Both the position numbers and the translations under genes were made by a program. Positions 35,741 through 45,640 of a DNA stretch of 64,000 nt are shown piece after piece. Numbering within the stretch: the first letter of the stretch is position 1; each line of letters starts with the position of its first letter. Source of the DNA: Candidatus Zixiibacteriota bacterium (GTDB lineage: Bacteria; Zixibacteria; MSB-5A5; GN15; JAAZOE01); assembly GCA_043819555.1 (NCBI GenBank), contig JBDREQ010000063.1, positions 117,486 to 181,485 of the forward strand, read 5' to 3'. The notes below the pieces were generated by a model that saw only the letters and a list, made by a program, of their open reading frames with translations, was not told the DNA's origin and ran no database searches.

Positions 35741-38268
35741 CAGAAAAGATCATCCAAATCATCTTCCCCGCCGCCACCGCCCGGCATTTCTCCATGCTCC
35801 TGCAAATATTGCTGAATAAGTTCGCTTTCGCGTTTGGTGTACATCGGATCTTCTTCCCAGATAAACCACCTGGCTTCACCGGGATTTCCCAGACATTCGC
35901 TCAGGCCGTTACGGATATTACTCACGCCCGAAATGCGAATAACTTTTTTACTCTCATCCAGCAATCGAAAAACACCTTCAGCATTGGGCAGGGATTCAAT
36001 CGATTCTTGATTTAACGGAAGCCACGGTTCAGGTGGTAAAGTCACCGGAGATATTCTTTGCCTTTGATAGCATTGCAGACAACGCCGTGACTCACGGACG
36101 GCATGCTCTTCATCCATCGTAACAGTTATTAGATTAAAATTGCTTTTTCTTTTTTCCGGATTGACCGAATCAACCACTGTTCGAGAATGCTGGAATGCAT
36201 CATGCGGGATTTCTATTCGGGAATACTCGTATTCCGAGTTGTTAAAATCAGGTTCTGGGATTCCCGAACCTCCGAGAAATTTGTCAATTCGGTCGACCGC
36301 AATTCGTCCTTCGGCAATGGCATCAATGACCGACGTCGGCCCCCGCATAACATCGCCGGCGACAAAAACATTTTCTGATACTTCAATATCAATGGCCTGC
36401 TCGATGTTTATTCCGAATTTATCTGAGAAATAACTGTTTAACTTTTCATCAACTTCCTGCCCAATAGCGACGATGGCTGCCTCGGCGGCAATTTCTTTGC
36501 TTTCGTTTTCATCAAACTGAGGATTAAATCGGTTTTTTTCATCAAAGACTCGTGTACAACGAATGAATTCTATTCCGGCAAGTTTTTCTCCGTCGCTGAT
36601 GAATTTTCTTGGGCCCCAGGAATTCTCAATTTTGATTCCTTCCTCTTCGGCCTGTGCTATTTCCCACTTATGAGCAGGCATTTCTTCTCTGGATTCAAGG
36701 CAAACCAAAGTTACTTCATTGGCACCCAACCTGCTGGCTGTCATGGCGGCATCAATAGCGACATTCCCTCCGCCGATGACTATTACTTGTCCGGTAAGTT
36801 TTGGTTCATGCGACAGTTTGGCTGACTTTAGAAAATCCAGTGCTGGATAAATACCGTTTAAATTCGAATTTTCGATATTTAATATTTTACTTGCCGATAC
36901 ACCCGCCGCAATTAGCATCGCATCGTATCCATCAGCTTTTAATTTGTCTATTCCCGCCGTATCGCCAAATTCATTATTAGGATGAATTTTAATTCCCAGT
37001 TTTTCGATAGTTTTCAATTCACGGTCAAGAATATCCTGCGGCAATCTATAATCAGGAATGCCATGGCGGAGCATCCCGCCCGGCTGGTTTTCCTTTTCAA
37101 ATATCTCAACCGCATGGCCCTGCATTGCAAGATAATAGGCCGATGTCAATCCTGCCGGTCCAGAACCGATAATCGCGATTTTTTTTCCAGTACTTTGTTT
37201 TTTATTTGATAACAGAAAATCAAGATGCCCGACTTTCTCGGCCGCAAAACGTTTCAGATCGCATATCGCTACCGGCTTATCGATCTCACTTCGGCGACAA
37301 CCAGATTCACAGGGATGAAAACATACATACCCAAGAATACCCGGAAAAGGAACCTTGGCGCAAATTACTTCAAGCGCCTTTTGATATTCGCCTCGTGCGA
37401 TAAAATGCAAATAGCGGGGAATATCAATCCCGGCCGGGCATGAAGAAACGCAGGGGAGAGCCTTACCGGCCTGAACCGGAGTTACACCTTCTTTATCGCG
37501 CATGGCTCCCGTTGGGCAAATTTCGATACATGCTCCACAGTTGCGACAAATACTTTTTTCTGAATCTGTTTCGTCATTGAAACCAATCCAGGCGCCGCTA
37601 TCTTTCCAGACAGCTCCGAGAATATCTGCTTGATGAATATCATCGCAAATTCTGACGCATCGCAGGCATCCAACACATAAATTATAATCGCGGATAAAGA
37701 ACGGTACATTGGATGAAATTGGCCGGTTTTGTGGAATATACTTTGGCGTTTCACCGGGAATGCCGATGTAATCGCTGATTTTTTCAAGTTCGCAATGTCC
37801 CAATAGGGGGCAGCATCTTTCATTCACAGGAACATTTGATGAGCAATCGGTACGGCTGCATCCTTCTTTTTGGGCGCAGGTCAGACAGGCATGGGGGTGA
37901 TCTGATAAAATCTTACTTAAGGAATCTCGGCGTTTTTTGATTAATTTTTCAGATGTAGTGGAAATGTTCATCCCATCGATGACTTCAGTCACACAGGAAT
38001 TCACCGGTTCCGGTTGGCCATCAACTTCAACAATACATAAATTACAATGGCCGTTTTCTCCCGCTGATTCGTCTGTTTTCTCCGAGTTGATTTCAATATT
38101 TGTCTGATATATCGAGTCGGCCCACGTGACTTTATCTGAGGGAGAAATATCGGGATGGTGACACAAACGCGGGATATAGATCCCTGCGCCGTCGGCAACT
38201 TCGAGGATTGTTTTTCCCTCTGCAGACGAGACACTCACACCATCGATATTTATTTTGATATCAGGCAT
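35740..38268 (-). CDS. bzdV: BzdV-like NAD(P)H:ferredoxin oxidoreductase (NuoG-like FeS N-terminus, GltD-like FAD domain, small C-terminal domain)
   Basis: IPRLC..CNLC..SC, HPHACLTC, two CxxCxxC ferredoxin motifs, CVSSCPAG, GSGPAG, GGGNVAID, AGD; follows bzdM. Confidence 0.8.
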   Translation of the reverse strand: MPDIKINIDGVSVSSAEGKTILEVADGAGIYIPRLCHHPDISPSDKVTWADSIYQTNIEINSEKTDESAGENGHCNLCIVEVDGQPEPVNSCVTEVIDGMNISTTSEKLIKKRRDSLSKILSDHPHACLTCAQKEGCSRTDCSSNVPVNERCCPLLGHCELEKISDYIGIPGETPKYIPQNRPISSNVPFFIRDYNLCVGCLRCVRICDDIHQADILGAVWKDSGAWIGFNDETDSEKSICRNCGACIEICPTGAMRDKEGVTPVQAGKALPCVSSCPAGIDIPRYLHFIARGEYQKALEVICAKVPFPGILGYVCFHPCESGCRRSEIDKPVAICDLKRFAAEKVGHLDFLLSNKKQSTGKKIAIIGSGPAGLTSAYYLAMQGHAVEIFEKENQPGGMLRHGIPDYRLPQDILDRELKTIEKLGIKIHPNNEFGDTAGIDKLKADGYDAMLIAAGVSASKILNIENSNLNGIYPALDFLKSAKLSHEPKLTGQVIVIGGGNVAIDAAMTASRLGANEVTLVCLESREEMPAHKWEIAQAEEEGIKIENSWGPRKFISDGEKLAGIEFIRCTRVFDEKNRFNPQFDENESKEIAAEAAIVAIGQEVDEKLNSYFSDKFGINIEQAIDIEVSENVFVAGDVMRGPTSVIDAIAEGRIAVDRIDKFLGGSGIPEPDFNNSEYEYSRIEIPHDAFQHSRTVVDSVNPEKRKSNFNLITVTMDEEHAVRESRRCLQCYQRQRISPVTLPPEPWLPLNQESIESLPNAEGVFRLLDESKKVIRISGVSNIRNGLSECLGNPGEARWFIWEEDPMYTKRESELIQQYLQEHGEMPGGGGGEDDLDDLF

Positions 38269-38344
38269 TAGCGACTGACTTTCAATTATAAGAATCCCGT
38301 CCTGGCCGCCCCAATAAAGCGGTCAGGATAAACGAAAAATGCTA

Positions 38345-38626
38345 TTACCACGAATGCGAAACCGCTTCGAGGGTACAAGCCTCAACGCATGGCAGAGGCG
38401 GTCGTTCTCCGGTCGGTTTGCACGGGCCGCAATCGTATTTCACTTTTTTGCGAAACTCTTCCTTGATCGCCGCGACTTCATCATCATAATCGTCCACAAT
38501 CATTTCAAACATACCGATCGGACAGGCCGAAATGCAGGCATGATGTTCACATTCGATGCACTTATCGGTATCGATAGTAATGAAAAAATCACCGCTTCCA
38601 TCCATATATCCATAGTTAGCTTTCAT
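38345..38626 (-). CDS. bzdM: Benzoyl-CoA reductase-associated ferredoxin BzdM
   Basis: ANYGYMDGSGDFFITIDTDKC, ACP, KYDCGPCKP...LPCVEAC...HSW. Confidence 0.88.
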   Translation of the reverse strand: MKANYGYMDGSGDFFITIDTDKCIECEHHACISACPIGMFEMIVDDYDDEVAAIKEEFRKKVKYDCGPCKPTGERPPLPCVEACTLEAVSHSW

Positions 38627-39513
38627 GCTGACGCTTTCTTCCTTTGTTTTTCCATTAATGCTTTGGCGAACAAAGCGGCACCAAAAGCTCCGGCAATCTG
38701 AGTGTCGTATTTCGATTTGAGAGCGGTTACGTTTAGTTCTTTCTCGAGGCGTTTGACGACGCCGGCGTTTTTGGCAATTCCTCCGGTTATGGCAAAATCC
38801 GTCTCAACGCCGACCCGTTCCAATAACGAAACAACGCGATGAGCCATAGCCGAGCAGTAAGCTGCCAAAACTCTCTTTTTTGACCAGCCTTCACGCAAAA
38901 GTGAAGACGCTTCCGATTTGGCAAAAACGACACAGGTCGAAGAAACCGGCGGCGGTTCTTCTTCAACATCAAGAGACATCTCACCGACTTCCTCAATCGG
39001 AATCGCCAGAAGATCAGCGAAAACCTCCATGCCTCGTCCGGTTCCAGCGGCGCACTTATCATTCATGAGGAAGTTTTTGACTTTGCCTTTTTCATCGCAC
39101 AGGATCGCTTTACAATCCTGTCCGCCCATATCGAGAATAGTCCGAACGGTATTGCCGTACATCAAATTGCCGCCACGGGCATGGCATGCGATTTCAGTAA
39201 TAGCCCGATCTGCAAACGGTACATTGACGCGCCCATATCCGGTTCCAACGGTGTAATGCACATCAGCAATTGTCAATCCGGTATTTTCCAGCGCCCAGTT
39301 CATGGCATTTTTGGCGCTGTTGGGGCTGTCTGAACCGGTGCGCATATTGGAGTACGCGTAAAGCTCCCCATCCAGAAGTATGACCGCCTGCGAGCTTACC
39401 GAACCGACATCGACTCCTGCCGAGATAATATCAGCGCTTTTGGGATCTTTGTTTTCATCGTGCCAGTTATATTCTTTCCAGCGCCAGAATTCTTTTTTAT
39501 TCTCCGTCATCAT
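38623..39513 (-). CDS. bzdQ: Benzoyl-CoA reductase bzd-type subunit Q (activase module)
   Basis: EFWRWKE N-terminus, GVDVGSVSSQ, MRTGSDSP, GTGYGRVNVP, NDKCAAGTGRG. Confidence 0.93.
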   Translation of the reverse strand: MMTENKKEFWRWKEYNWHDENKDPKSADIISAGVDVGSVSSQAVILLDGELYAYSNMRTGSDSPNSAKNAMNWALENTGLTIADVHYTVGTGYGRVNVPFADRAITEIACHARGGNLMYGNTVRTILDMGGQDCKAILCDEKGKVKNFLMNDKCAAGTGRGMEVFADLLAIPIEEVGEMSLDVEEEPPPVSSTCVVFAKSEASSLLREGWSKKRVLAAYCSAMAHRVVSLLERVGVETDFAITGGIAKNAGVVKRLEKELNVTALKSKYDTQIAGAFGAALFAKALMEKQRKKASA

Positions 39514-40283
39514 TTATTCCTTTCCCCGGCGACAATCGCGGCGCCGAGAGCGCTCACGTAATCCGGATCTTCGGGAACGATAAGTTCGGTTTCCAGGCTT
39601 CTCTGGATGGCGTCAACGAAACCGGGACTATGAGAAACGCCACCGATTAGAGCGATGTCATTGTTGATCCCCACTCGGCGAACCATCGAGACGATTCGGC
39701 TGGCAATAGCATCATGCACCGCCCGAGAAATATCTTGCTTCGGCGTTTTGGCATGGACCAGCGAAACGACTTCGCTTTCGGCGAAAACGGCGCATTGCGC
39801 GTTCATTGGAATCGATTTGTCTGATTGCAACGATAGTTTCCCGAATTCTTCGAGCGAGACGTCCAATGCTCGCGACATCGATTCAGCAAATGCTCCGGCT
39901 CCGGCCGCGCATTTTTCATTGACGGCAAAATCGATGACTTTTCCCTCGGCGTCAATTTTTATCGCCCGGCCTTCTTCAGCGCCGACATCGATCACGGTTT
40001 GCACACCTTTTTTCAAATGAACCATGCCTTTGGCGGCCGCGCCAACATCGGTAATATCCGAATGCGCATTGGGTGCGTTTTTGCGACCGGCCCCGGTAGC
40101 GGTAATGTGAGCAATTGTTCCGGAATCGATTCCCGCCATGTCAACCGCCTCTTTCATACAAGCCGAAGCCGCTTCAAGCGGATCAAAACCGGTCGTAGCC
40201 ATGGCTTTGCCCTTGACAGCTCCATCCTGCAGAATGACCACCTTAACATATTTGGCGCCCATGTCTATACCTGCGGTAATCAT
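39510..40283 (-). CDS. bzdP: Benzoyl-CoA reductase bzd-type subunit P (activase module)
   Basis: GIDMG, ATGAGR, DVGAEEGRA, NEKCAAGAG, MNAQCAVFAESE. Confidence 0.9.
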   Translation of the reverse strand: MITAGIDMGAKYVKVVILQDGAVKGKAMATTGFDPLEAASACMKEAVDMAGIDSGTIAHITATGAGRKNAPNAHSDITDVGAAAKGMVHLKKGVQTVIDVGAEEGRAIKIDAEGKVIDFAVNEKCAAGAGAFAESMSRALDVSLEEFGKLSLQSDKSIPMNAQCAVFAESEVVSLVHAKTPKQDISRAVHDAIASRIVSMVRRVGINNDIALIGGVSHSPGFVDAIQRSLETELIVPEDPDYVSALGAAIVAGERNK

Positions 40284-40321
40284 TTATCCTCCTCTATATA
40301 AAATCTATTTTTCAAATTAAA

Positions 40322-41638
40322 TCACGCGGTTTTTGTTGTTTGCTCCAATATGTCATAACCCAAAGTTTCCATGAAGGAATCTATCCGCGTTACAGTTCTC
40401 TTTTCATCAAATTCACGTTCGTCGCCCATATTTCCCTCGAATGTCATAACCGGAACTCCGGCTTTTGCAATACCGAGACGATTTTCCATGATACCGCATG
40501 ACAGCCCTTCGCAGCCGCGATTAAGATGCAGCATAACGCCGTCAAGCTTCCACTGTTTGACAATTTGCAGCATCATTTCGGTTTTGATGTTAGGATCATA
40601 GAAATGCTGCCATTCCGGTTTGGAGAGATTCCAATCGGCCAGATGCCTTAGAGCCTGGTCGCGGGTGGTGATGTCTTCGCCTTTTTGCATCGGCGTTGTT
40701 CGCGGTCCCCAGGTACCATCAGGTTTGGTCTCCCAGATGCCAATCAAGCCAAACGTGTACAACGATCCCACTGAAATTGCGCCGAATTTTTCAAGATACC
40801 GAAAGACCTTTAAAAATCCCCAGGGCGGCTGAGTATCCGACATCAAGCGGCACTTTTCATTCGGAACTGCGGCAATATTGTTATCAACCCGGTATTTTAC
40901 TTCATCGCGCAGTTCTTCATAAAAGTCGGCGATTTCTTTGTTGTGTTTGGCCAGAGTACCGTGGACATAAAGCGAGTACATTGTTTTTTCATCAAGCGGG
41001 GCCGGTTTGGCCATATTGAGATAACATATCTCAGCCCAGGTCGATGTCGAACGCATCTCGTTTTTGACCGCTTCGATCAAAAGCTCATCCTGATACTTGC
41101 GCCCGGTAGTTTTTTCGAGCCATTCGATTGATTCATGCATCTGATTGACGACAAACATCAGTCGGTCTTCGTCTAGGTCCTTGTATGGACCCACCGATAC
41201 ATCAATACAGAAATACGGAATCTTTTTGTATTCGGCGACATGCTGATACCATTTGGCATGGCTGCAGCAAATGTGATCCTGAAAACAAAAATCCGGTTTG
41301 GGGTATTCACCGCCGAAAGCATATTTATTAAGATACATCGAGCCCCAGTAATTGCGCATGTAACTGCACAAATCGCGCGCCCAGCCTTTGGCTTCGGCCG
41401 CTTCCAGACATTCCATCGATAGTTTTTTGTCAAACGCGATTGAGGCGCCATACGGTTCGCCGGTGATGTTGTAAACATCATGGCCCAGTCCGGCCGGAAT
41501 CGCATCGAATGACCAGGCTCCGCCCGTCCAGCGGATGCCGCCTTTTGTGTGGGCGTTCTGGTAATCCTCATAGTATTTTTGCCGCAACTCTTTGGCTTTT
41601 TTCCAGCTTTTCAGCGGCTCCGTTTTATATACAGCCAT
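40322..41638 (-). CDS. bzdO: Benzoyl-CoA reductase bzd-type subunit O
   Basis: [63 protein letters not shown]. Confidence 0.95.
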   Translation of the reverse strand: MAVYKTEPLKSWKKAKELRQKYYEDYQNAHTKGGIRWTGGAWSFDAIPAGLGHDVYNITGEPYGASIAFDKKLSMECLEAAEAKGWARDLCSYMRNYWGSMYLNKYAFGGEYPKPDFCFQDHICCSHAKWYQHVAEYKKIPYFCIDVSVGPYKDLDEDRLMFVVNQMHESIEWLEKTTGRKYQDELLIEAVKNEMRSTSTWAEICYLNMAKPAPLDEKTMYSLYVHGTLAKHNKEIADFYEELRDEVKYRVDNNIAAVPNEKCRLMSDTQPPWGFLKVFRYLEKFGAISVGSLYTFGLIGIWETKPDGTWGPRTTPMQKGEDITTRDQALRHLADWNLSKPEWQHFYDPNIKTEMMLQIVKQWKLDGVMLHLNRGCEGLSCGIMENRLGIAKAGVPVMTFEGNMGDEREFDEKRTVTRIDSFMETLGYDILEQTTKTA

Positions 41639-41661
41639 TTATTCTCCCTTTCTTGTAATCA

Positions 41662-42786
41662 TTAAAATAATTCTTCCACCCCCAACATTTCCAAAAATGC
41701 CTCGACCCTGATTCTAAACTGACCCATAGGGACGGTAACATCGAATTCAAGGAAAAGAGTCGGGAAGCCGTTACTGTTTAGATACTCTTTCAGCGGGACC
41801 ATGTCGCATTCGTGGGGGTCACAGAATTTCTGTTGAATGAGAATTATGCCTTCGACATTGTAATCCTGAGCCAGCTTGAGGATATGCGGAAATCTGGTTC
41901 GTTCTTCCCAGTCTTTGGTCGGACAGGGGGGGCGGTCAACGTATCGATTGGTAATATCCTGGATAATGTCCCCTTTGAATTCGGTTTCATTCCAGAAGTA
42001 ACGCGATCCGGTGCAATGGTCATCGACAACAACGGTCGCCCCGACGTTTTCGACCATCTTGATAAATTCAGTGTCATCGTCTTCTGAACCGACAATCATC
42101 AATCGTCCACCGGTTTCGCGGTCGAGCTTTCGTGATTTCAATTCCGGCAGGATACGCTTCAATTCGGCGTTGTGATCTTTTTTATCAACGAAAAAGGATG
42201 AGGCGACCATGACCATCGCTTCCAGGCCAGTTAAGGGAGGATTGGGACCCTGGCGAAGCTCGTAGACTTCTCGCATCAAACGGCGGTTTTCATTATACAG
42301 CTCGGCCGCCTCCCGAAGCTTTTCGTCGGAAATGGGATTACCTGTCCATTCTTCAACAGCCTTTTTGAATTTAGCAAGTTCGGTCGCATAATAAGTGTAA
42401 GCATGTTCCGTCTGAACTTTGTTGGGCATGTATATGTAATAGCTGAATTCTTCGGGAACATGATTTTTCCACGAAGTGTAGGCCTGCCGCAAATGCAGAC
42501 ATGACTGGGCAATGACGATGCCCTTCATGTAGCTATAGCGTCCCTTCAGCCCCTGGGCGAGGACATCACGGCAGAACGGACAGAACATCCCAAAGATATG
42601 CGGCTCGGTGACGTCCTGCGGCTCGTGCGAGCCGAGCATCCTGACCGGCAGATTGCCCGAGGCATAGATGATTTCCTCGGGGACATAACTGCAAAAACAC
42701 CCGACCACTTCGCCGTCGTTTTTGCCGAGCCAGTCGCGAGCGTAATCATGTCTCTTTTCGTACCATTCAAAAAATTTAGTAAACAT
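41662..42786 (-). CDS. bzdN: Benzoyl-CoA reductase bzd-type subunit N
   Basis: RHDYARDW, CSYVPEE, FCPFCRD.LAQGL.GRY, DDHCTGSRYFW, QKFCDPH, IRVEAFLE. Confidence 0.95.
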   Translation of the reverse strand: MFTKFFEWYEKRHDYARDWLGKNDGEVVGCFCSYVPEEIIYASGNLPVRMLGSHEPQDVTEPHIFGMFCPFCRDVLAQGLKGRYSYMKGIVIAQSCLHLRQAYTSWKNHVPEEFSYYIYMPNKVQTEHAYTYYATELAKFKKAVEEWTGNPISDEKLREAAELYNENRRLMREVYELRQGPNPPLTGLEAMVMVASSFFVDKKDHNAELKRILPELKSRKLDRETGGRLMIVGSEDDDTEFIKMVENVGATVVVDDHCTGSRYFWNETEFKGDIIQDITNRYVDRPPCPTKDWEERTRFPHILKLAQDYNVEGIILIQQKFCDPHECDMVPLKEYLNSNGFPTLFLEFDVTVPMGQFRIRVEAFLEMLGVEELF

Positions 42787-42804
42787 AATCCTCCTGTAGC
42801 TTTT

Positions 42805-43410
42805 TCAAGACTTTATTCCATTTAAAAATATTTTCAAATATTGAGATGACAGCTTTTTGATATTCGCGTTCCGTTTTGGATTATACCACATATAAACCCA
42901 GTTGAGCGAACCAAACAGGCATAACGCCGTCAGGTCGGTATCGTGTTTGGAACCATTCGAAAATTCGGAAACAACAGCTTTGACCAATCCAAAATATGTC
43001 CGCCGAAGCTTCAATATTTCATTGTAATATTTGCCGGACAAAGATTCGATTTCATGAACGCAGACTTTGAGATTATCCATATTATTGACAAAAAATTCAA
43101 AATGATTCTCGATGACCGCCTTCAATTTTTCTTCGGGAGATGACGAATCTTCCAGCCGTTTGTGGAGAGTGTCGGCCAGAGTCGAAAAAGCATGGTGTTG
43201 AAGAGCGTATAAAAGTTCGTCTTTGTTTTCAAAATAATAATAAATGCCCGAAAGGTTGATTTTGGCCCGGGCCGCCACATCCCGAATCGAAGCCCCCTCA
43301 AATCCATCGCGGGCGATAATCTTTGAAGCCGCCCTTAGAATAGCGTCCTGGCGTTTGTGGAACTGGCTGTTTCGGCGCTGCGGCGTGGCTTTGGTTGCGG
43401 GCTGAGGCAT
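42805..43410 (-). CDS. TetR/AcrR family regulator (KstR2/PaaR-like)
   Basis: HTH ILRAA..I...GFEGASIRDVA...IYYYFENKDELL; C-terminal LNWVYMWYNP. Start ATG 43410 or TTG 43416. Confidence 0.9.
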   Translation of the reverse strand: MPQPATKATPQRRNSQFHKRQDAILRAASKIIARDGFEGASIRDVAARAKINLSGIYYYFENKDELLYALQHHAFSTLADTLHKRLEDSSSPEEKLKAVIENHFEFFVNNMDNLKVCVHEIESLSGKYYNEILKLRRTYFGLVKAVVSEFSNGSKHDTDLTALCLFGSLNWVYMWYNPKRNANIKKLSSQYLKIFLNGIKS

Positions 43411-43435
43411 TATCAATAATTCCTCTTAAATAAAT

Positions 43436-43449
43436 CGAACGTTCGTTCT
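43436..43449. promoter_or_regulatory. Pseudopalindromic operator CGAACGTTCGTTCT over the predicted +1
   Basis: AACG-NN-CGTT core directly downstream of the -10 box. Confidence 0.6.
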
Positions 43450-43450
43450 A

Positions 43451-43479
43451 ATTATAACGAAATATGACTCTCTTGTCAA
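43451..43479 (-). promoter_or_regulatory. Perfect consensus sigma70 promoter of the tetR-bzd operon
   Basis: TTGACA (43479-43474), exactly 17 nt, TATAAT (43456-43451). Confidence 0.85.
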
Positions 43480-43499
43480 GCGAATCCGATATCCGAAAA

Positions 43500-45410
43500 C
43501 TATAAAGTTTTGATAATAATTGAGGTCACATCGTCCTGCAGAATTTGATCTTTGGCAAATGATTTACTGGCCAGGCACAGGTTCTTGGCGATTTGGGCGG
43601 CAGGCAGGTAATAATTGTCTTTGACGCAGGCTATGGCGCCGTCGCTTTCAAATTCTTTATCATCGGAGGATCTTGAATCTGTAACTCCGTCGGTTAACAA
43701 CAATATCGTTTGTCCCGGCTTTAACGGGGGCGTTTTGTGAGAGGAGTATTTCCTTTTGGGCAGCATCCCCAGTGGAGGTCCGGTACTATTTATAATATAT
43801 TCCGGTTTCCCGGTTTCGCTCAAAATATAACCGTATTCATGGCCGGCATTGGCGTAAGTTATGGTTTGATTTTGCGGATCAAGACAGATAAGCAATAGCG
43901 TAACAAAGCGGCCTTCATCCAAATCCGGTTCAAGAACCCGCTTGACCTGAGTCATGATTGAACCAACATCTGAATTGTTCGAAGCAAAGGCTCGGATCAA
44001 AGCCCTGGTCTCAGCCATGACTATGGCTGAGCTGATACCGTGTCCGCTGACATCCCCGATAGCAATTCCCAACCGATTGTTGGGCATATTGATAAAATCG
44101 AAATAATCGCCACCGGTGGCATCGGCTGGAAAAGCAGCACCGGCAATATCATATCCGGGCACTGATGCCCCAGCTTTATAATATCGCTGCTGAACCTGCC
44201 GCGCCAGACGCATCTCGACTTCCTGTTCCTTCTTTTTCAAAAGCTCGGTTATATCTTTCAAAACTGAGACAAAGTGTGTAATTTTTCCATGATTGTTTTT
44301 AATTGGCGTGATAGTTTGTTCAGCCCAGTATAATTCGCCCGTTTTCTTTAGATTGACCAGCGTTCCCTTAAATGTTTCTCCGGAAGTAATTGTATCCCAG
44401 AGCTCTTTATAAAATTTCCCATCTTGTTTTCCGGATTTTAATATTTGAGGCGTTTGGCCGCACGCTTCGGAACTTGTGTATCCAGTAGTTGTTTCGAAAG
44501 CCCGATTGACATATTCAATTATGCCATTTCTCCCGGTAATGACAACGCTATCGGCAGTTTGCTCAAGAGCCTGGCTCAAACGTTCAAAAAGATGAATCTT
44601 ATCTTGTATTATTTCGCGATCGGTGACATCCCAATACTGCCATAAATGACCATAGCATTCATCGCCGGTAATGACGGGAATATAGTCACGCTCCAGTAAT
44701 CGGCCGTTTTTCAAAAGGAGTCTTTCATTGGTGACTATCGAACATGATTCCCGCAATTCCTCGATTCGATTAATGAATTTATCAGGATCTGAAAATATAT
44801 TTTTAATTTTTTCGACAAATTGGGTACAGTTCGTGTTAATTAAATCCCAGGGATCACCAGGAATGTCAAAGAGTTCGCAAAATGCGCTATTCACCGATTG
44901 AATCTGACTCTTATTGTTTTCAACAAGGGTGGCGGCTTTCTGATTTTCAAGAAGAGCCGTAAATTGCTGAAAGTTGGAGTTCATGCTTTCTTTAATGTTC
45001 ATTTTCTCCGTGATATCTCGGAAGAAAACCAAGCCACCCCAAATTTCTCCACCTTCGTCAGCAAGCGGCTGGCCGCTGACGCTAATCCATATACCATCCA
45101 ATTTATCATTGTTTTTTATATATATTGGCTCGTCATGTACTCGCTCCCCTTTAATTGCGCGGGCCAAAGGCAGAAGATCGGGAGGGTACAACGTTTTCTT
45201 ATCCTTCTGATAACAGCCGTAAACAGAAGGCCAATCGCCCGGACCGATATTTCTGGTCCCAATGCCCAAAATAGACTCAGCGGAAGGATTAAATAGTAGA
45301 AAGTCGCCTTCTGAATCGGCCACGATGACCCCATCAGCCAAACTTTCAAATATATTTTTTAATAGGGTCGCTTCGCCCCCCTGAGTCATGAAGTTAGTTT
45401 TCTCACTCAT
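43500..45410 (-). CDS. Multi-PAS SpoIIE/PP2C (RsbU-like) serine phosphatase
   Basis: Three PAS domains, then ARQVQ, TGGDYFD, IGDVSGHG, NAGH, LTDGV, DDVT. Start ATG 45410 or TTG 45422. Confidence 0.9.
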   Translation of the reverse strand: MSEKTNFMTQGGEATLLKNIFESLADGVIVADSEGDFLLFNPSAESILGIGTRNIGPGDWPSVYGCYQKDKKTLYPPDLLPLARAIKGERVHDEPIYIKNNDKLDGIWISVSGQPLADEGGEIWGGLVFFRDITEKMNIKESMNSNFQQFTALLENQKAATLVENNKSQIQSVNSAFCELFDIPGDPWDLINTNCTQFVEKIKNIFSDPDKFINRIEELRESCSIVTNERLLLKNGRLLERDYIPVITGDECYGHLWQYWDVTDREIIQDKIHLFERLSQALEQTADSVVITGRNGIIEYVNRAFETTTGYTSSEACGQTPQILKSGKQDGKFYKELWDTITSGETFKGTLVNLKKTGELYWAEQTITPIKNNHGKITHFVSVLKDITELLKKKEQEVEMRLARQVQQRYYKAGASVPGYDIAGAAFPADATGGDYFDFINMPNNRLGIAIGDVSGHGISSAIVMAETRALIRAFASNNSDVGSIMTQVKRVLEPDLDEGRFVTLLLICLDPQNQTITYANAGHEYGYILSETGKPEYIINSTGPPLGMLPKRKYSSHKTPPLKPGQTILLLTDGVTDSRSSDDKEFESDGAIACVKDNYYLPAAQIAKNLCLASKSFAKDQILQDDVTSIIIKTL

Positions 45411-45640
45411 GATATTAAACAATACGGATTAATATACTCCATGATTGTATATATTTGAAAGATCAGGTTATGAGTTGTTTCCGAGGCTAATTGCCAAACA
45501 GGCAGGAGTTTAACCCCAAAAATAAAACAATCGGATAGGGAGTTTTGATTAGATGACAGTTTAAATAAAGGCCGCTTTAATCATAAAACGGCCATTTCTA
45601 TGTCTTTCTTGCCGAAGAACTGCGTCAAATTGTACAAATA

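Noticed and set aside
41027..41036. Extra copy of TATCTCAGC (RDD-flanking motif)
   Set aside because: It lies inside the bzdO coding sequence with no partner; likely chance.
35740..42786. Class II (tungsten, BamB-type) benzoyl-CoA reductase or Thauera-type bcrCBAD
   Set aside because: No AOR-family subunit; subunit sizes and motifs match the bzd NOPQ type.
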